A stretch of 32,000 bases of DNA. Source: Zestosphaera tikiterensis. Its GTDB lineage: Archaea > Thermoproteota > Thermoprotei_A > Sulfolobales > NBVN01. The stretch lies in NCBI GenBank assembly GCA_003056265.1, contig NBVN01000001.1, positions 60,001 through 92,000 on the forward strand. Reading direction: 5' to 3'. The position numbers and the translations under genes were made by a program. Below, piece after piece: positions 7,678 to 16,400 of the stretch; position 1 is the stretch's first letter, and every line of letters begins with the position of its first letter. The notes under the pieces were generated by a model, which saw only the letters and a list, made by a program, of their open reading frames with translations, was not told the DNA's origin and did no database searches.

Positions 7678-7703
7678 GTTTAAATCCTGGCGGGTCCGCC
7701 ACT
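7678..7703 (+). repeat. 26-nt partial copy of the tRNA-like 3' end at 301-326 (att-like direct repeat)
   Basis: gttTaaatcctggcgggTccgccact versus gttCaaatcctggcgggCccgccact, 24 of 26 identical. Weaker similarity continues about 20 nt downstream. Confidence 0.55.
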
Positions 7704-7821
7704 TAAATCCCACTATATGAATGTTCCCCCTTTCTCCAGTAAGGCCGTGACTTATAGTTCTGATGAGAACTAGGTTGATTCCAGCTTCATCATTGATTAT
7801 CTCAGCAGATATATTGACGGT

Positions 7822-8274
7822 CTAGGGCGCAACTCTTAGCCAAGGAATCCTCTTGAAGTCCTCGTCGAAAGTCAGAATTGTGTTTATGCCGTAGTGCTTA
7901 CATGTTAAAGCTATTTGTGCATCATTAGGAAGTAGCTTAAAATTTTGAATTATTTGAAGATATTCATCGTAGTCAAAGTAATCATTTATTATCTTAGTAT
8001 TCAAATCTTTTAGGAAAGAATCTATTGCGTCTATTACTTCCCTAGGATACCCCTGTTTTGAAATTAATCTACTTAAACCATACCCTCCCTTAACTATGCC
8101 CTTCTGTCTATAATACTCATACGTTGCAACATATAGGGCTTCATTAATTGCGATCCCCGAAATCGTAAAATGTGAGTCGCTATACGCTTCTAAGATTTGC
8201 TCAGCTAAGTCACTCTTCTCAGTTTTGAGTAAAATGCTGAGTATGAAGCTAGTATCAATGTAAGCTAGCCTCAT
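7822..8274 (-). CDS. vapC: PIN-domain toxin VapC (intact)
   Basis: 150 aa. The four PIN acidic positions lie in YIDTSFIL, INEALY, NDAQIALT and TFDEDF. It overlaps the upstream antitoxin by 4 nt. Confidence 0.85.
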   Translation of the reverse strand: MRLAYIDTSFILSILLKTEKSDLAEQILEAYSDSHFTISGIAINEALYVATYEYYRQKGIVKGGYGLSRLISKQGYPREVIDAIDSFLKDLNTKIINDYFDYDEYLQIIQNFKLLPNDAQIALTCKHYGINTILTFDEDFKRIPWLRVAP

Positions 8275-8468
8275 TGAATATGAGCCTCTTCCTCGATCTC
8301 TAGTAACTCCTTAATCGATGACCTTCCTAAAATCCCTCGATACTTCTTGAGTACTTTCCTTATATCACGTCTAATAGCGATTAGGACCTCCTCTCCCTCC
8401 TCTAGATCTACTGGTTCTAGAGGTTTGAGAGCACCATTTTCATAACGTACACGTATGACCTTAGACAC
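8271..8468 (-). CDS. vapB: DUF104-type VapB-like antitoxin
   Basis: MSKVIRVRYENGALKPLEPVDLEEGEEVLIAIR, a paralog of the gene at 3457-3678. Confidence 0.85.
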   Translation of the reverse strand: MSKVIRVRYENGALKPLEPVDLEEGEEVLIAIRRDIRKVLKKYRGILGRSSIKELLEIEEEAHIQ

Positions 8469-8610
8469 CTAACTACACCCAAGTATTATATATAATTTTG
8501 AGATTAAAACACGTTGTAATAGAGTAAGTTTACCATTATAGAATTTCTTATCATACCTCCTAAAATGTTGCTGACTTTACTTGACTTCATGTAACAGAGT
8601 GATATGGGTT

Positions 8611-8660
8611 CCAGCCTCTGGAGCCGGAGGTCCCGGGTTCAAACCCCGGCGGGCTCACCA
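8611..8660 (+). tRNA. Second tRNA-like 3' segment (anticodon-loop CTG, perfect T arm, encoded CCA) with no contiguous 5' half
   Basis: T arm CCGGG-TTCAAAC-CCCGG, acceptor 3' strand CGGGCTC, discriminator A, then CCA. The anticodon stem CCAGC/GCCGG has one A-C mismatch and the loop is CTCTGGA. The 5' strand GAGCCCG is absent upstream. It is a paralog of 275-324, 38 of 50 positions identical by my count. Confidence 0.5.
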
Positions 8661-8888
8661 TATACATTCCTTGGCATTTAGGAAGGTATATTGGGAATTA
8701 GTAACAATCGCTTCATTTAAAGTTCGGTTGATACTACTAGATATATCTAGCCGTCCTATAAGGGAACATAGTATTCACTACCCTAGAGACTGGCACCACA
8801 TTATTTCTACTTTATAGAATCAGAGGCGAGTTGAAGATTAGAAGATTAAGGGAGTAGAGGCAGTTAAGCCTTCAACCGCCCCCTGCAG

Positions 8889-11219
8889 TTAACCCCTATC
8901 AGCGGTTCCATACGACTCTATTATCTGGTAGAGCAACCTCATGCCTTGTGGGAGTTTTTCGACTTCATTTTTATGTAGCTTATTTCCAAGGATTGCCTTC
9001 ATTAGGGCTAGCTCCTCATTGCTGATTCCTTTGTAGTTTCCTTCGATAGCTTGTTTTGCTTTCTCCCTTGCTGATTCTATGTTGCCCATGAGGTAGTCTA
9101 AGACGGCCTCTTCCCAAAAGAGGTCGCCCTTTACGGCGTCCGAGAATTTGTTTCTTTTTGCTTCTTCCAGCTTGGTCCTAGCTGCCTTAAGATCTCCTTC
9201 CAATAGTGAGGTAAATATGGAGAGGGGTGAGGCTTGGACTTTAATGGTATCCCTTAGATCTCCTGGTAGCAGGTCTGAAACCTCCTCTATCTCCTCAAGT
9301 GTCTTCTTTAACTCGCTTATTTTACCTAGGTAGGCTTGCATAACGCCTATATGGACTAATGCGACAGCGTAATTGCCGAAATCATCTTTCTCTAACTCAA
9401 GTTGAGCTTCTCTCATCGAGTTATCCAACGCCCTCTCCATGTCATTTTCGTAGAATGCCAGTATTGTATCGCTCGCAAGTATAGTTGGTTCTATCTCCTT
9501 CTTCAGTTCAGATGGTAGCTTCTGGAATAAGGACTTTGATTCCTCTAATATCCTTCTTCCCTCATCCAAATTCCCGATCTTCATGAGCATGCCTGCCAAT
9601 AGGGCTGCGACCCTCGTATATAGGAACCTGTTGGATCTCAAGCCAACCAGGTGCCTTTTTATTATATCAACGCCCTTTCGGAGGTCTATTTCTTTAGTTG
9701 TGATTTCTACTAATGTTCTTTCTATTGCAAGCAGGGATTTTTGCTGTGTAGTTAGACCCTCACATTGTTGGAGTTTCTCAAGTACGCTATGGTAGAGGCC
9801 GAAACAGCAGGTCATCCAGCTCGAACCATGAAGAAGACGTTTCTCTATGATTGGGATGGCGTCTTTTATAAGACAGTTATCGGCCATTAGTAGAAGACCC
9901 CGCATCCTCTGCCTGATATCCGGGTGCTGGTTAAGCGCGAGAGCTACCAGTTCTACTAGGTGCTTTAGTCTCGGCTTGTTTGCAACTTTGGGGAGCCCCT
10001 CTACCCCCTCCCTAACCTTAACATCTTCACCTAATATCTCTATAAGGCCTAATCTTTCAAGCATGTTTAAACGCTTTAAACAAGCGGTTTGCCTTAAGGA
10101 GAGTATATTGCAGAGTATTTCAATAGGAAGTACCCCACCGCCGGCGATTAACAGTTCAAGTATGAGCTTGTCGTTCTCATCTATTACCTCCCCAATTTTC
10201 GACTCATAGTAGGATGCCACAACCCTGTTTATACATTCTGTTAGAGGTAGTCCTGCTGACTTATACAGGTTTATTATGCCGTGTATGAGGAGCGGTATCC
10301 CCCCGCTTAGCTTGGCTATTTGCAAGATGTCGTGCTGGGATAGATTAGTGCTCAGATCCTTTGAGAGCTTCTTCGTTAGCTCTATTGCTTCATTAGGAGG
10401 AAGTGGCTTGACCTCTATATCTAGTACTTTTCCTTTCCAGTAAGGGAGTTCCCTCTCTTTCAACTTCGATATTATGAAGACCCTCGCAGGGTATTCGATC
10501 CTCTCAACTAGGGATAATATGTATTCCTTGACCTGCTTGTTGACATCGTGGAAGTCGTCGAATACCAGAACCGTCGAATGTTCGTTTAAGAGGTTAGCAA
10601 GGGTACGGATATCGCTATTCATTACGGTCCTGACATCGAGGCCTGTTATGGTTGAAATGAGGAGTGTCAGATTTAGCTTGAGTGTCTCAGCCGTGTCAGA
10701 TACGATGGGTACATACCAGTATACTGGCTCTCTCTTCCTATAGCGCTTGATGTACCAGGCAGCAAGGCTCGATTTTCCAATCCCAGGGAGTCCCCATAAA
10801 TGTATTATTGGGACGTTGGATGAGTGTATGGTGTATAGCTCTTCTTCCCTGCCAACTAGCTCCTCACATTCTGGTATCACTGTATTCCTCAGCCTGATGA
10901 ACTCCCTGTGTTTTTCCTCATCTGAGAATGATACTTCTAGGGCCCCTCCATCAAATCTAATGCTAAATTCTTTTATATTTAACTCATGTAATTTAACATT
11001 TTTTTCTCCAACCCTCTTCCAGCAACTCCTTACTATCCCCAATTGCTCAAGGAGTTTGAGACGCCTTGAAATAGAGGATTCATTCAGTTTGAGAACGTCG
11101 GCGATTTCCCTGGTGTAGGAGGGTTTTATGCTTAATAACAGTAGAATTTGAATATTTATTTTATTTCTTATAGAGTTAATTATGATGTCAAGCTTCTCTG
11201 ATTCAGGTGACCGTGTCAA
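8889..11219 (-). CDS. STAND-class NTPase with an N-terminal ArsR-like wHTH and a C-terminal TPR-like helical repeat region
   Basis: The wHTH is YTREIADVLKLNESSISRRLKLLEQLGIV. Walker A is GLPGIGKSS and Walker B is VLVFDDFHD. A second wHTH-like segment (LKRLNMLERLGLIE) and about 300 aa of helical repeats follow. TTG start. Confidence 0.8.
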   Translation of the reverse strand: MTRSPESEKLDIIINSIRNKINIQILLLLSIKPSYTREIADVLKLNESSISRRLKLLEQLGIVRSCWKRVGEKNVKLHELNIKEFSIRFDGGALEVSFSDEEKHREFIRLRNTVIPECEELVGREEELYTIHSSNVPIIHLWGLPGIGKSSLAAWYIKRYRKREPVYWYVPIVSDTAETLKLNLTLLISTITGLDVRTVMNSDIRTLANLLNEHSTVLVFDDFHDVNKQVKEYILSLVERIEYPARVFIISKLKERELPYWKGKVLDIEVKPLPPNEAIELTKKLSKDLSTNLSQHDILQIAKLSGGIPLLIHGIINLYKSAGLPLTECINRVVASYYESKIGEVIDENDKLILELLIAGGGVLPIEILCNILSLRQTACLKRLNMLERLGLIEILGEDVKVREGVEGLPKVANKPRLKHLVELVALALNQHPDIRQRMRGLLLMADNCLIKDAIPIIEKRLLHGSSWMTCCFGLYHSVLEKLQQCEGLTTQQKSLLAIERTLVEITTKEIDLRKGVDIIKRHLVGLRSNRFLYTRVAALLAGMLMKIGNLDEGRRILEESKSLFQKLPSELKKEIEPTILASDTILAFYENDMERALDNSMREAQLELEKDDFGNYAVALVHIGVMQAYLGKISELKKTLEEIEEVSDLLPGDLRDTIKVQASPLSIFTSLLEGDLKAARTKLEEAKRNKFSDAVKGDLFWEEAVLDYLMGNIESAREKAKQAIEGNYKGISNEELALMKAILGNKLHKNEVEKLPQGMRLLYQIIESYGTADRG

Positions 11220-11419
11220 CGGCTCCGACTCCGGGAAAGTGCGGGGACCCCGATCGTTATATATCTCAGAGAACTATAAAAGCTTTCAAATAACATACGC
11301 ATAAGATAAAACAAACCCTGACAACAATAGCAACAATAACTGTTTCTGATATAAGTGCTCCATCCTCAGCTCAGTAAATATTAACGTTTCATCTTCAAGA
11401 TAAACCTAGCCAAATCTTC

Positions 11420-11590
11420 GACGCCTCGCAAAGCTCTGGCCCCCTTCCCGCCCTGAAGGGCGAGGGTTCCCCTTCCTAAGCGGTTCATTGGTTTGGAGGT
11501 ACATCTTTCTTCATTCACCTCCGGGCCGGGCCTCCGGCCCATTACCCCTATCCCCGAGAGGGGACTCGGGGTTATGGAATTTCTAATCAA
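11420..11590 (-). ncRNA. GC-rich highly structured element, copy B of the dispersed family (ncRNA or MITE relic)
   Basis: Three adjacent perfect hairpins: GGAGGT/ACCTCC at 11495-11522, GGGCCGG-GCCT-CCGGCCC at 11523-11540 and CCCCGAG-AGGGGA-CTCGGGG at 11552-11571. It shares the motifs ccaatgaacc and cgcccttcaggg with copies A and C. The flanks are A/T-rich. Confidence 0.45.
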
Positions 11591-11729
11591 TCATCGGCTC
11601 CTAAAACCTCAAAACTTCATGTGGAAAGCGTAGTATGGGTTGTTTATATGCTTTATTAGTTGATATTGTTTAATGTTTACTTCTCACACCAAACAACATC
11701 ACAAAATAAAGCAATTACTTATAAACCCT

Positions 11730-12479
11730 TCATCCCGCCTTAAAAGACAGGCTTTCGGTTATAAAAAAGTTTTGGAAATGGTTAACGCTCCCGCTATTTT
11801 TAATCTTTTTCACATTAGGTACAGCCATCACTACTCCTCCAATGAGCATTAGGGCTATGCCTGCATATAGCATGTTACTGTTATTAAACATTCCAGTGTT
11901 GATGTCGACGTTAAGTTTGTAGGATATTTTCCCTTCATCCGTATCATATCTGATGTTCTCCGCTTTGGCGGGTAGGTTTACGGTCAGAGTCTCCATGATT
12001 TTATAGTCTTCTCCCGCACCGTAAACGTGTGTGAAGACAAGCGTATTCCCGTACTGAGTAGTGAGAGTCAGTTTTTCACCAGGCTTTGCTATTGCAAGCT
12101 CCCACAAACCGTTGCCCTTATATACTGCGGCTCCCAGCAAGGTATACGTTGCTGTTAGCTTGTTATTAGCTTCATCAAGGCTTATGCTGAGATTTTCTAT
12201 TTGTTCAGGGGCAGCTCTCGGTCTTAGCTCTCTCACGAAAGTCGATATTGGATTATAGACTCGCTTGAACGCTATATACGCTTGAGCGCTGAACTTTATC
12301 TCCTCCCTCACATACGCTATACCGTTGTCTAACACATTTAGGGTTGTCACACCCTCTATCTCGAATACTGTGGGAGGCTGCACTTGCGCGTGGGAGACGA
12401 CACTAACAATAGCTATAAATAGCAATATCATAGGTAATGCGATTCCTAAAACTTTCTTATGCCCGAGCATATCGTTCAC
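11730..12479 (-). CDS. Secreted protein with a signal anchor and a C-terminal TM helix, co-operonic with the transglutaminase-like gene
   Basis: The N-terminal hydrophobic segment ends ..VSHAQV and a C-terminal TM (LYAGIALMLIGGVVMAV) follows. The start lies 3-12 nt after the upstream stop and is preceded by GGGGTG. Confidence 0.7.
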   Translation of the reverse strand: MNDMLGHKKVLGIALPMILLFIAIVSVVSHAQVQPPTVFEIEGVTTLNVLDNGIAYVREEIKFSAQAYIAFKRVYNPISTFVRELRPRAAPEQIENLSISLDEANNKLTATYTLLGAAVYKGNGLWELAIAKPGEKLTLTTQYGNTLVFTHVYGAGEDYKIMETLTVNLPAKAENIRYDTDEGKISYKLNVDINTGMFNNSNMLYAGIALMLIGGVVMAVPNVKKIKNSGSVNHFQNFFITESLSFKAG

Positions 12480-12482
12480 CCC

Positions 12483-14219
12483 TCAACCCCCTATTTGAAA
12501 TGTTTGAACGATTTGATCCACAGCAACTATCGTGTCCTGGTTAGCGACTGCTTGGTCAATGATATAGAATACTGCTAAACCATACCCCCGCACGTTCGTG
12601 TAGCGCGCTATTGCCATGTCTCCCGTGCCAAGTTTATATACAACGGTCTCTGCTGGAATATTTCCTAGGGCGCCGTTGGGGTTATCGGTTGTCACCTGAT
12701 ATCCCTTGTAGTATTCGTTGAAGACTGACTCTATGCTAGACTTTATATCGTTCCCGCTGAGGCTTCGACTCCATATTATTACTACTAGGATCATACCGTC
12801 TGGACTGGACAAGTCTACTTCGTAAGCATTTTCGTAAGCATAGTTCTCGGCTTCCCAATCCGCGGGCACAGTAATGGACCAGGGTAGATCGCCATAGGGA
12901 TTCACAATCTTTTTCGTGTTGGTTGGTGGCTGTGGTTGTGGTGGTTGAGGTTGTGGAGGTTGCGGCTGAGGCGGTTGAGGTTGCGGTGGCTGTGGCTGTG
13001 GTGGCTGTGGTTGTGGCGGTTGCGGCTGTGGTTGTGGAATCCCTCCTCCCCCTTGTCCTCCCCCTGCTTGTCCTCCCGCACCAGGCATAACACCAGGCAT
13101 AACGTATCCCCACTGTTCTAGAACGTTAGGCGGTAGTTCCGGCAGTTCCGGCGGTACTATTCCGGATGTTTGCGCTTTAACAACATCTAATATGAGGTGT
13201 GGGCCTTGGAGAGCTTCTTGAACTACTCTGGCACCTGTTTCAACAGCCTGCTGGAAACTAACCTTACCTCCTAGAGTGGTGCTCTCGATTGGCAGGAGTT
13301 GCCCGCTTGGGAGCACTATTATGGGTATCGCATGTCCCGGCATGAGAACTATGTAAGCTTTTAAGTTTTGACTCATCGCCACAGCAGCGAGGAATATTGA
13401 GGTGTCTATGCATGTACCGCTCCTATCCCGGATCACGTCTCTAGGGTATTTAACCCATTGAGATGCTTTACCTGACCAGAATGCTTCGGATTCTGTTTGG
13501 TATGTAATCCCGTTATATACGCTGAAGATCCACACCGCTTCGAGGAATGTGAGCGCTTCCTGATCGTTCAATGCCGCACCAGCACCCATACCTGTTAGCT
13601 TATTCGCCATAGCCGCATATCTTTCTACCACCGGGTCTTTCGGTGTGACCCACGCGGCTAATAGTTTATAGTTGCTGAATATATCTTGAAAGCTCCCAGT
13701 GTTCTCTTCCGGCGGTAGACCCGAGAATATGAAGTCGCGGCTTCCAAGAATGTTTATAGGCTTTGTTTTTGTTTCGGTAACTGGCTCACCGTCTGATTTC
13801 GTCTTGTACTCTATTTTCACGTAGAGCTTTCCTGGTGTGGCGGTCTGAAGGTTTGGCGCTTGTAAGAGTACGGGATAGTACAGATCTACTATCGCTCCAC
13901 CTGGAGGGATTAGCTTGTATTCCTTTGGTTCACTCCAGTCTGTTAGACCCTCGATTTTATAAGTTATTTTAACGTTATATAATGGGCCTGTTCCACTATT
14001 TTTAATGACTGTTTTAGCCACCCAATACCCTAGGCTTGGATTTCCATAAACTTTGTAAACCGCTGTCATGAAACTATCTATACTATATACTTTAACCTCT
14101 AAACGTCCTTCTCCTTCTCCTCCTCTAGCTATGTTCGGCAATGCCGCTAGAACTATTCCTAATACGAGAATCGCTACTCCTATAATTGTAAACATTTTAG
14201 CATTCTTCTCTATAGGCAA
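12483..14219 (-). CDS. Membrane-anchored transglutaminase-like cysteine protease-fold protein with a PQ-repeat linker
   Basis: N-terminal TM helix. The core GTCIDTSIFLAAVAMS...LMPGHAIPIIVL matches the Cys...His arrangement of transglutaminase-like domains. A Gly-rich stretch, a PQPQP repeat tract and a C-terminal beta-rich domain follow. Confidence 0.8.
   Translation of the reverse strand: MPIEKNAKMFTIIGVAILVLGIVLAALPNIARGGEGEGRLEVKVYSIDSFMTAVYKVYGNPSLGYWVAKTVIKNSGTGPLYNVKITYKIEGLTDWSEPKEYKLIPPGGAIVDLYYPVLLQAPNLQTATPGKLYVKIEYKTKSDGEPVTETKTKPINILGSRDFIFSGLPPEENTGSFQDIFSNYKLLAAWVTPKDPVVERYAAMANKLTGMGAGAALNDQEALTFLEAVWIFSVYNGITYQTESEAFWSGKASQWVKYPRDVIRDRSGTCIDTSIFLAAVAMSQNLKAYIVLMPGHAIPIIVLPSGQLLPIESTTLGGKVSFQQAVETGARVVQEALQGPHLILDVVKAQTSGIVPPELPELPPNVLEQWGYVMPGVMPGAGGQAGGGQGGGGIPQPQPQPPQPQPPQPQPPQPQPPQPQPPQPQPPQPQPPTNTKKIVNPYGDLPWSITVPADWEAENYAYENAYEVDLSSPDGMILVVIIWSRSLSGNDIKSSIESVFNEYYKGYQVTTDNPNGALGNIPAETVVYKLGTGDMAIARYTNVRGYGLAVFYIIDQAVANQDTIVAVDQIVQTFQIGG
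12923..13037 (-). repeat. In-frame tandem 15-nt repeat encoding about eight PQPQP units
   Basis: The plus strand reads as iterated ggYtgNggYtgNggN units. The copies differ mainly at synonymous positions. Confidence 0.9.
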
Positions 14220-14272
14220 ATTCTGTTCACCTAGCTACAAGAGCTATTGTTAGGGAAAATATTTAAAGTTTT

Positions 14273-14295
14273 GGTTTGACGTTTAACGTCAAACC
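14273..14295. promoter_or_regulatory. Perfect 11-bp inverted repeat (GGTTTGACGTT-T-AACGTCAAACC) just upstream of the TATA-like box of the transglutaminase operon
   Basis: The arms are exact reverse complements. The repeat lies about 55-75 nt upstream of the start at 14219, and an A/T box (tttaaatatt on the coding strand) lies between them. Confidence 0.4.
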
Positions 14296-14558
14296 CGGTT
14301 GCAACGGTTTCAGTATTAGTATAGGTTAGGTGTTAGATCTTAAGTTTTCCCCGTTTAAAGATCCTTATACATTATGATTGGTTTTTCTAAAGAGGTATCC
14401 TTATATGTTTTCGAGCTCTTTCGGCTCTATCTTTACTGCTTGACCTTTATTTCCTACGTAGTTCTTCTACTCCTATGTCTTCAGATGTGATTATGACTGG
14501 TTTTAGGATGCAACGCTTATATTCTTGTATACTATATGATTTGCATGGTATATACGTT

Positions 14559-14780
14559 TTGTCTGAAGTTGTAGCGGTTAGAGTTCCGAGGGAGCTTAAG
14601 GAGAAGATGAAGAAGTACCTCATTGATTGGAGTGATGAGATCAGAAGGTTTCTCGAGGAACGCGTTAAAGATCTTGAGTTCTTAGAGCTACTGGATAATA
14701 TCAAGGGGAAGGCTAGGAAGCGGAGGAGAACAAGGATAGATTCTGTAAAGATTATTAGGGAGGAGAGGGAGAAACGTTGA
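14559..14780 (+). CDS. RHH-type VapB-like antitoxin
   Basis: (M)SEVVAVRVPRELKEKMKKYLIDWSDEIRRFLEERV.. is a beta-strand plus helix pattern. The TTG at 14559 is preferred, and the in-frame ATG at 14475 would add 28 non-homologous residues. Its stop overlaps the start of the downstream PIN stub. Confidence 0.55.
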   Translation: MSEVVAVRVPRELKEKMKKYLIDWSDEIRRFLEERVKDLEFLELLDNIKGKARKRRRTRIDSVKIIREEREKR

Positions 14781-14833
14781 TAGTATTGGATGCATCCTTC
14801 CTAGTAAACTCGTCCTCGATGCGTACTCGTTAA
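14777..14833 (+). pseudogene. Truncated PIN toxin stub (18 codons)
   Basis: TTG-IVLDASFLVNSSSMRTR-stop. IVLDASFLV is a PIN N-terminal strand carrying the first catalytic Asp. The rest of the domain is absent. Confidence 0.5.
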
Positions 14834-15181
14834 GGTTAAACCTCCTAAGGATAAGAACCTAAGAGAGAAGCTTAGGACGTTACTAGAAGGTAAGAGAGTT
14901 GTGGTTAAAGGCAAGGTCTATAAAGTCGACGGTCTTATCAAGAAAGTCAACGATGAGAAGATAGCTCCTTGAATATATCTAATCCCGAAGAAACACATAC
15001 CTAAACTACTGCAACACGTCCCTCAAGACCTTATCATACTAGACTATAGGACTTCGTAACTAAATACTTGGCTTTCCCTATAGCATTCACTATTCCACGG
15101 CGGATGTGTTTAAGTACTGTAAAAGTTGATATATCTCTAGCTGTTAAAGGGTTAATTCTGCCTATTTATGTCTCTGCAGTT

Positions 15182-16244
15182 CTACTTGATTCTACTGCGT
15201 AATATCTGGAACGCTACAGTAAGTGTGAAGAGGGTTATGATTAACGTAACGGCTATCAACGTTATGTATGCGTTAACCTGCTGTTTTCTTAAAGCTTTAG
15301 CTCCAACCATCTCTGGGTAATCGCTTAATAGTGCTAAGACTGCTATACTCGTGGTTTCAGTGTTGACGTCACCTAATATTTCTACGTCTTCTTCACTGCT
15401 TGCTATGTATTCTGTCGCGATGCCTCCGTAGACTGGATGCTGTGCTTTTGATATTATATTAACGCATTTACTATAGATGCCGTTGTGTTCATGTATTACT
15501 TTAGAGTCCACATGCTTTAAAGCGTTGTAGAGATATATGAAGAGGGCGCATTTATATGTCGAATAATACCTTACACCCTCCACCTCCTCACGTGCTTTAA
15601 CGACTTTATCGTAGAACCCGTAGCCATCCCACATAGAAGTAAGTCTCTGGAGGAGCTCCTCAGCTACGCTAACGTCCCCTTCGATAAGTGCGTCCAGCGC
15701 TCTATAGACTAGGAGATCCGCATATTCCCGCCAGTCATTTATTGAAGTTCCGTTATGTATTTCATACTTAATGATGAAGGTAGTCCCGAATTTCTTAGAG
15801 TATACGGAACCCAGCTCTAAGATCGTCGAGTCCCTAACTTCGTTAGGGATGTTCACCCCTAAAAGCACTTCATGAAGTCCGTTGAACCCCCCCGTTAAAA
15901 TATTCCTCAAGCTTTTCTTTAACGACGTAAGCGTAGCGTGAGTTAAGGATCTTAAGCGCTTCAACTGCGAGGAGATTATCGCTAGCAACCCATATAGTAA
16001 CGTTGTCCGGGTAAGCTTCCACAGCAGCTCTTAATAACCCCACCTCCGGAACGACCTGCTCTTCAAGAAAGGATTTCAACCTATCCCTATCTAAACCGAC
16101 GTTAACAACATCCATTGAAGCCCTAAAGAAAGTTGAAAACAACAGCTCTAACAACATAAGCACTAACGGTAATGCCATCCCCAACGACTTTAAGGCCTCC
16201 CGCAAATTCATAAAGTACAACCCGAAAGCACTTCTCCTAAACAT
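15182..16244 (-). pseudogene. Membrane-anchored alpha/alpha-barrel-like (six-hairpin glycosidase-like) protein gene interrupted by a frameshift in a C7/G7 run
   Basis: ORF 15870-16244 ends ..EEYFNGG and ORF 15182-15988 continues GGFNGLHEVLLG. The frames meet at the run of seven C at 15887-15893, and removing one base fuses them. The protein has both an N-terminal and a C-terminal TM helix. Confidence 0.65.
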
Positions 16245-16400
16245 TCTAGTCTAAATTAAGGAGTTGTTAAGAATGATTAAGAGTAATGTTTAGACCCAAA
16301 CCCTATAAAGTTAAGACTTGAAAGACCTTTATCACAGATGCTGTAGTATATTACCTTCATCGTGTTGAACCCTATGCCTTTAAGGTAAGTCAAATAACAC

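Noticed and set aside
8581-8817. 78-aa ORF reading through the second tRNA-like segment
   Set aside because: Its N-terminal third is the translation of tRNA-like sequence (..GPGFKPRRAHH). The equivalent frame at the paralogous locus is closed after 40 codons.
9148-11118. Six plus-strand ORFs (61-123 aa) inside the STAND gene, and similar antisense ORFs inside other long genes (2153-2575, 2731-3105, 20529-20822, 21825-22290, 25882-26343, 26637-26932, 28125-28697)
   Set aside because: All are antisense or out of frame relative to long ORFs with clear domain signatures. Their Ser/Leu/Arg-rich composition is typical of shadow ORFs.
12923-13037. Regular short repeats that might be mistaken for a CRISPR array
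   Set aside because: The units are contiguous 15-mers with no spacers. They lie in frame inside a long coding sequence and encode PQPQP. No CRISPR array is present in the window.
14834-14970. Open frame VKPPKDKNLREKLRTLLEGKRVVVKGKVYKVDGLIKKVNDEKIAP after the PIN stub
   Set aside because: It has no start codon and no recognisable family. It is probably a fragment left by the deletion that truncated the PIN gene.
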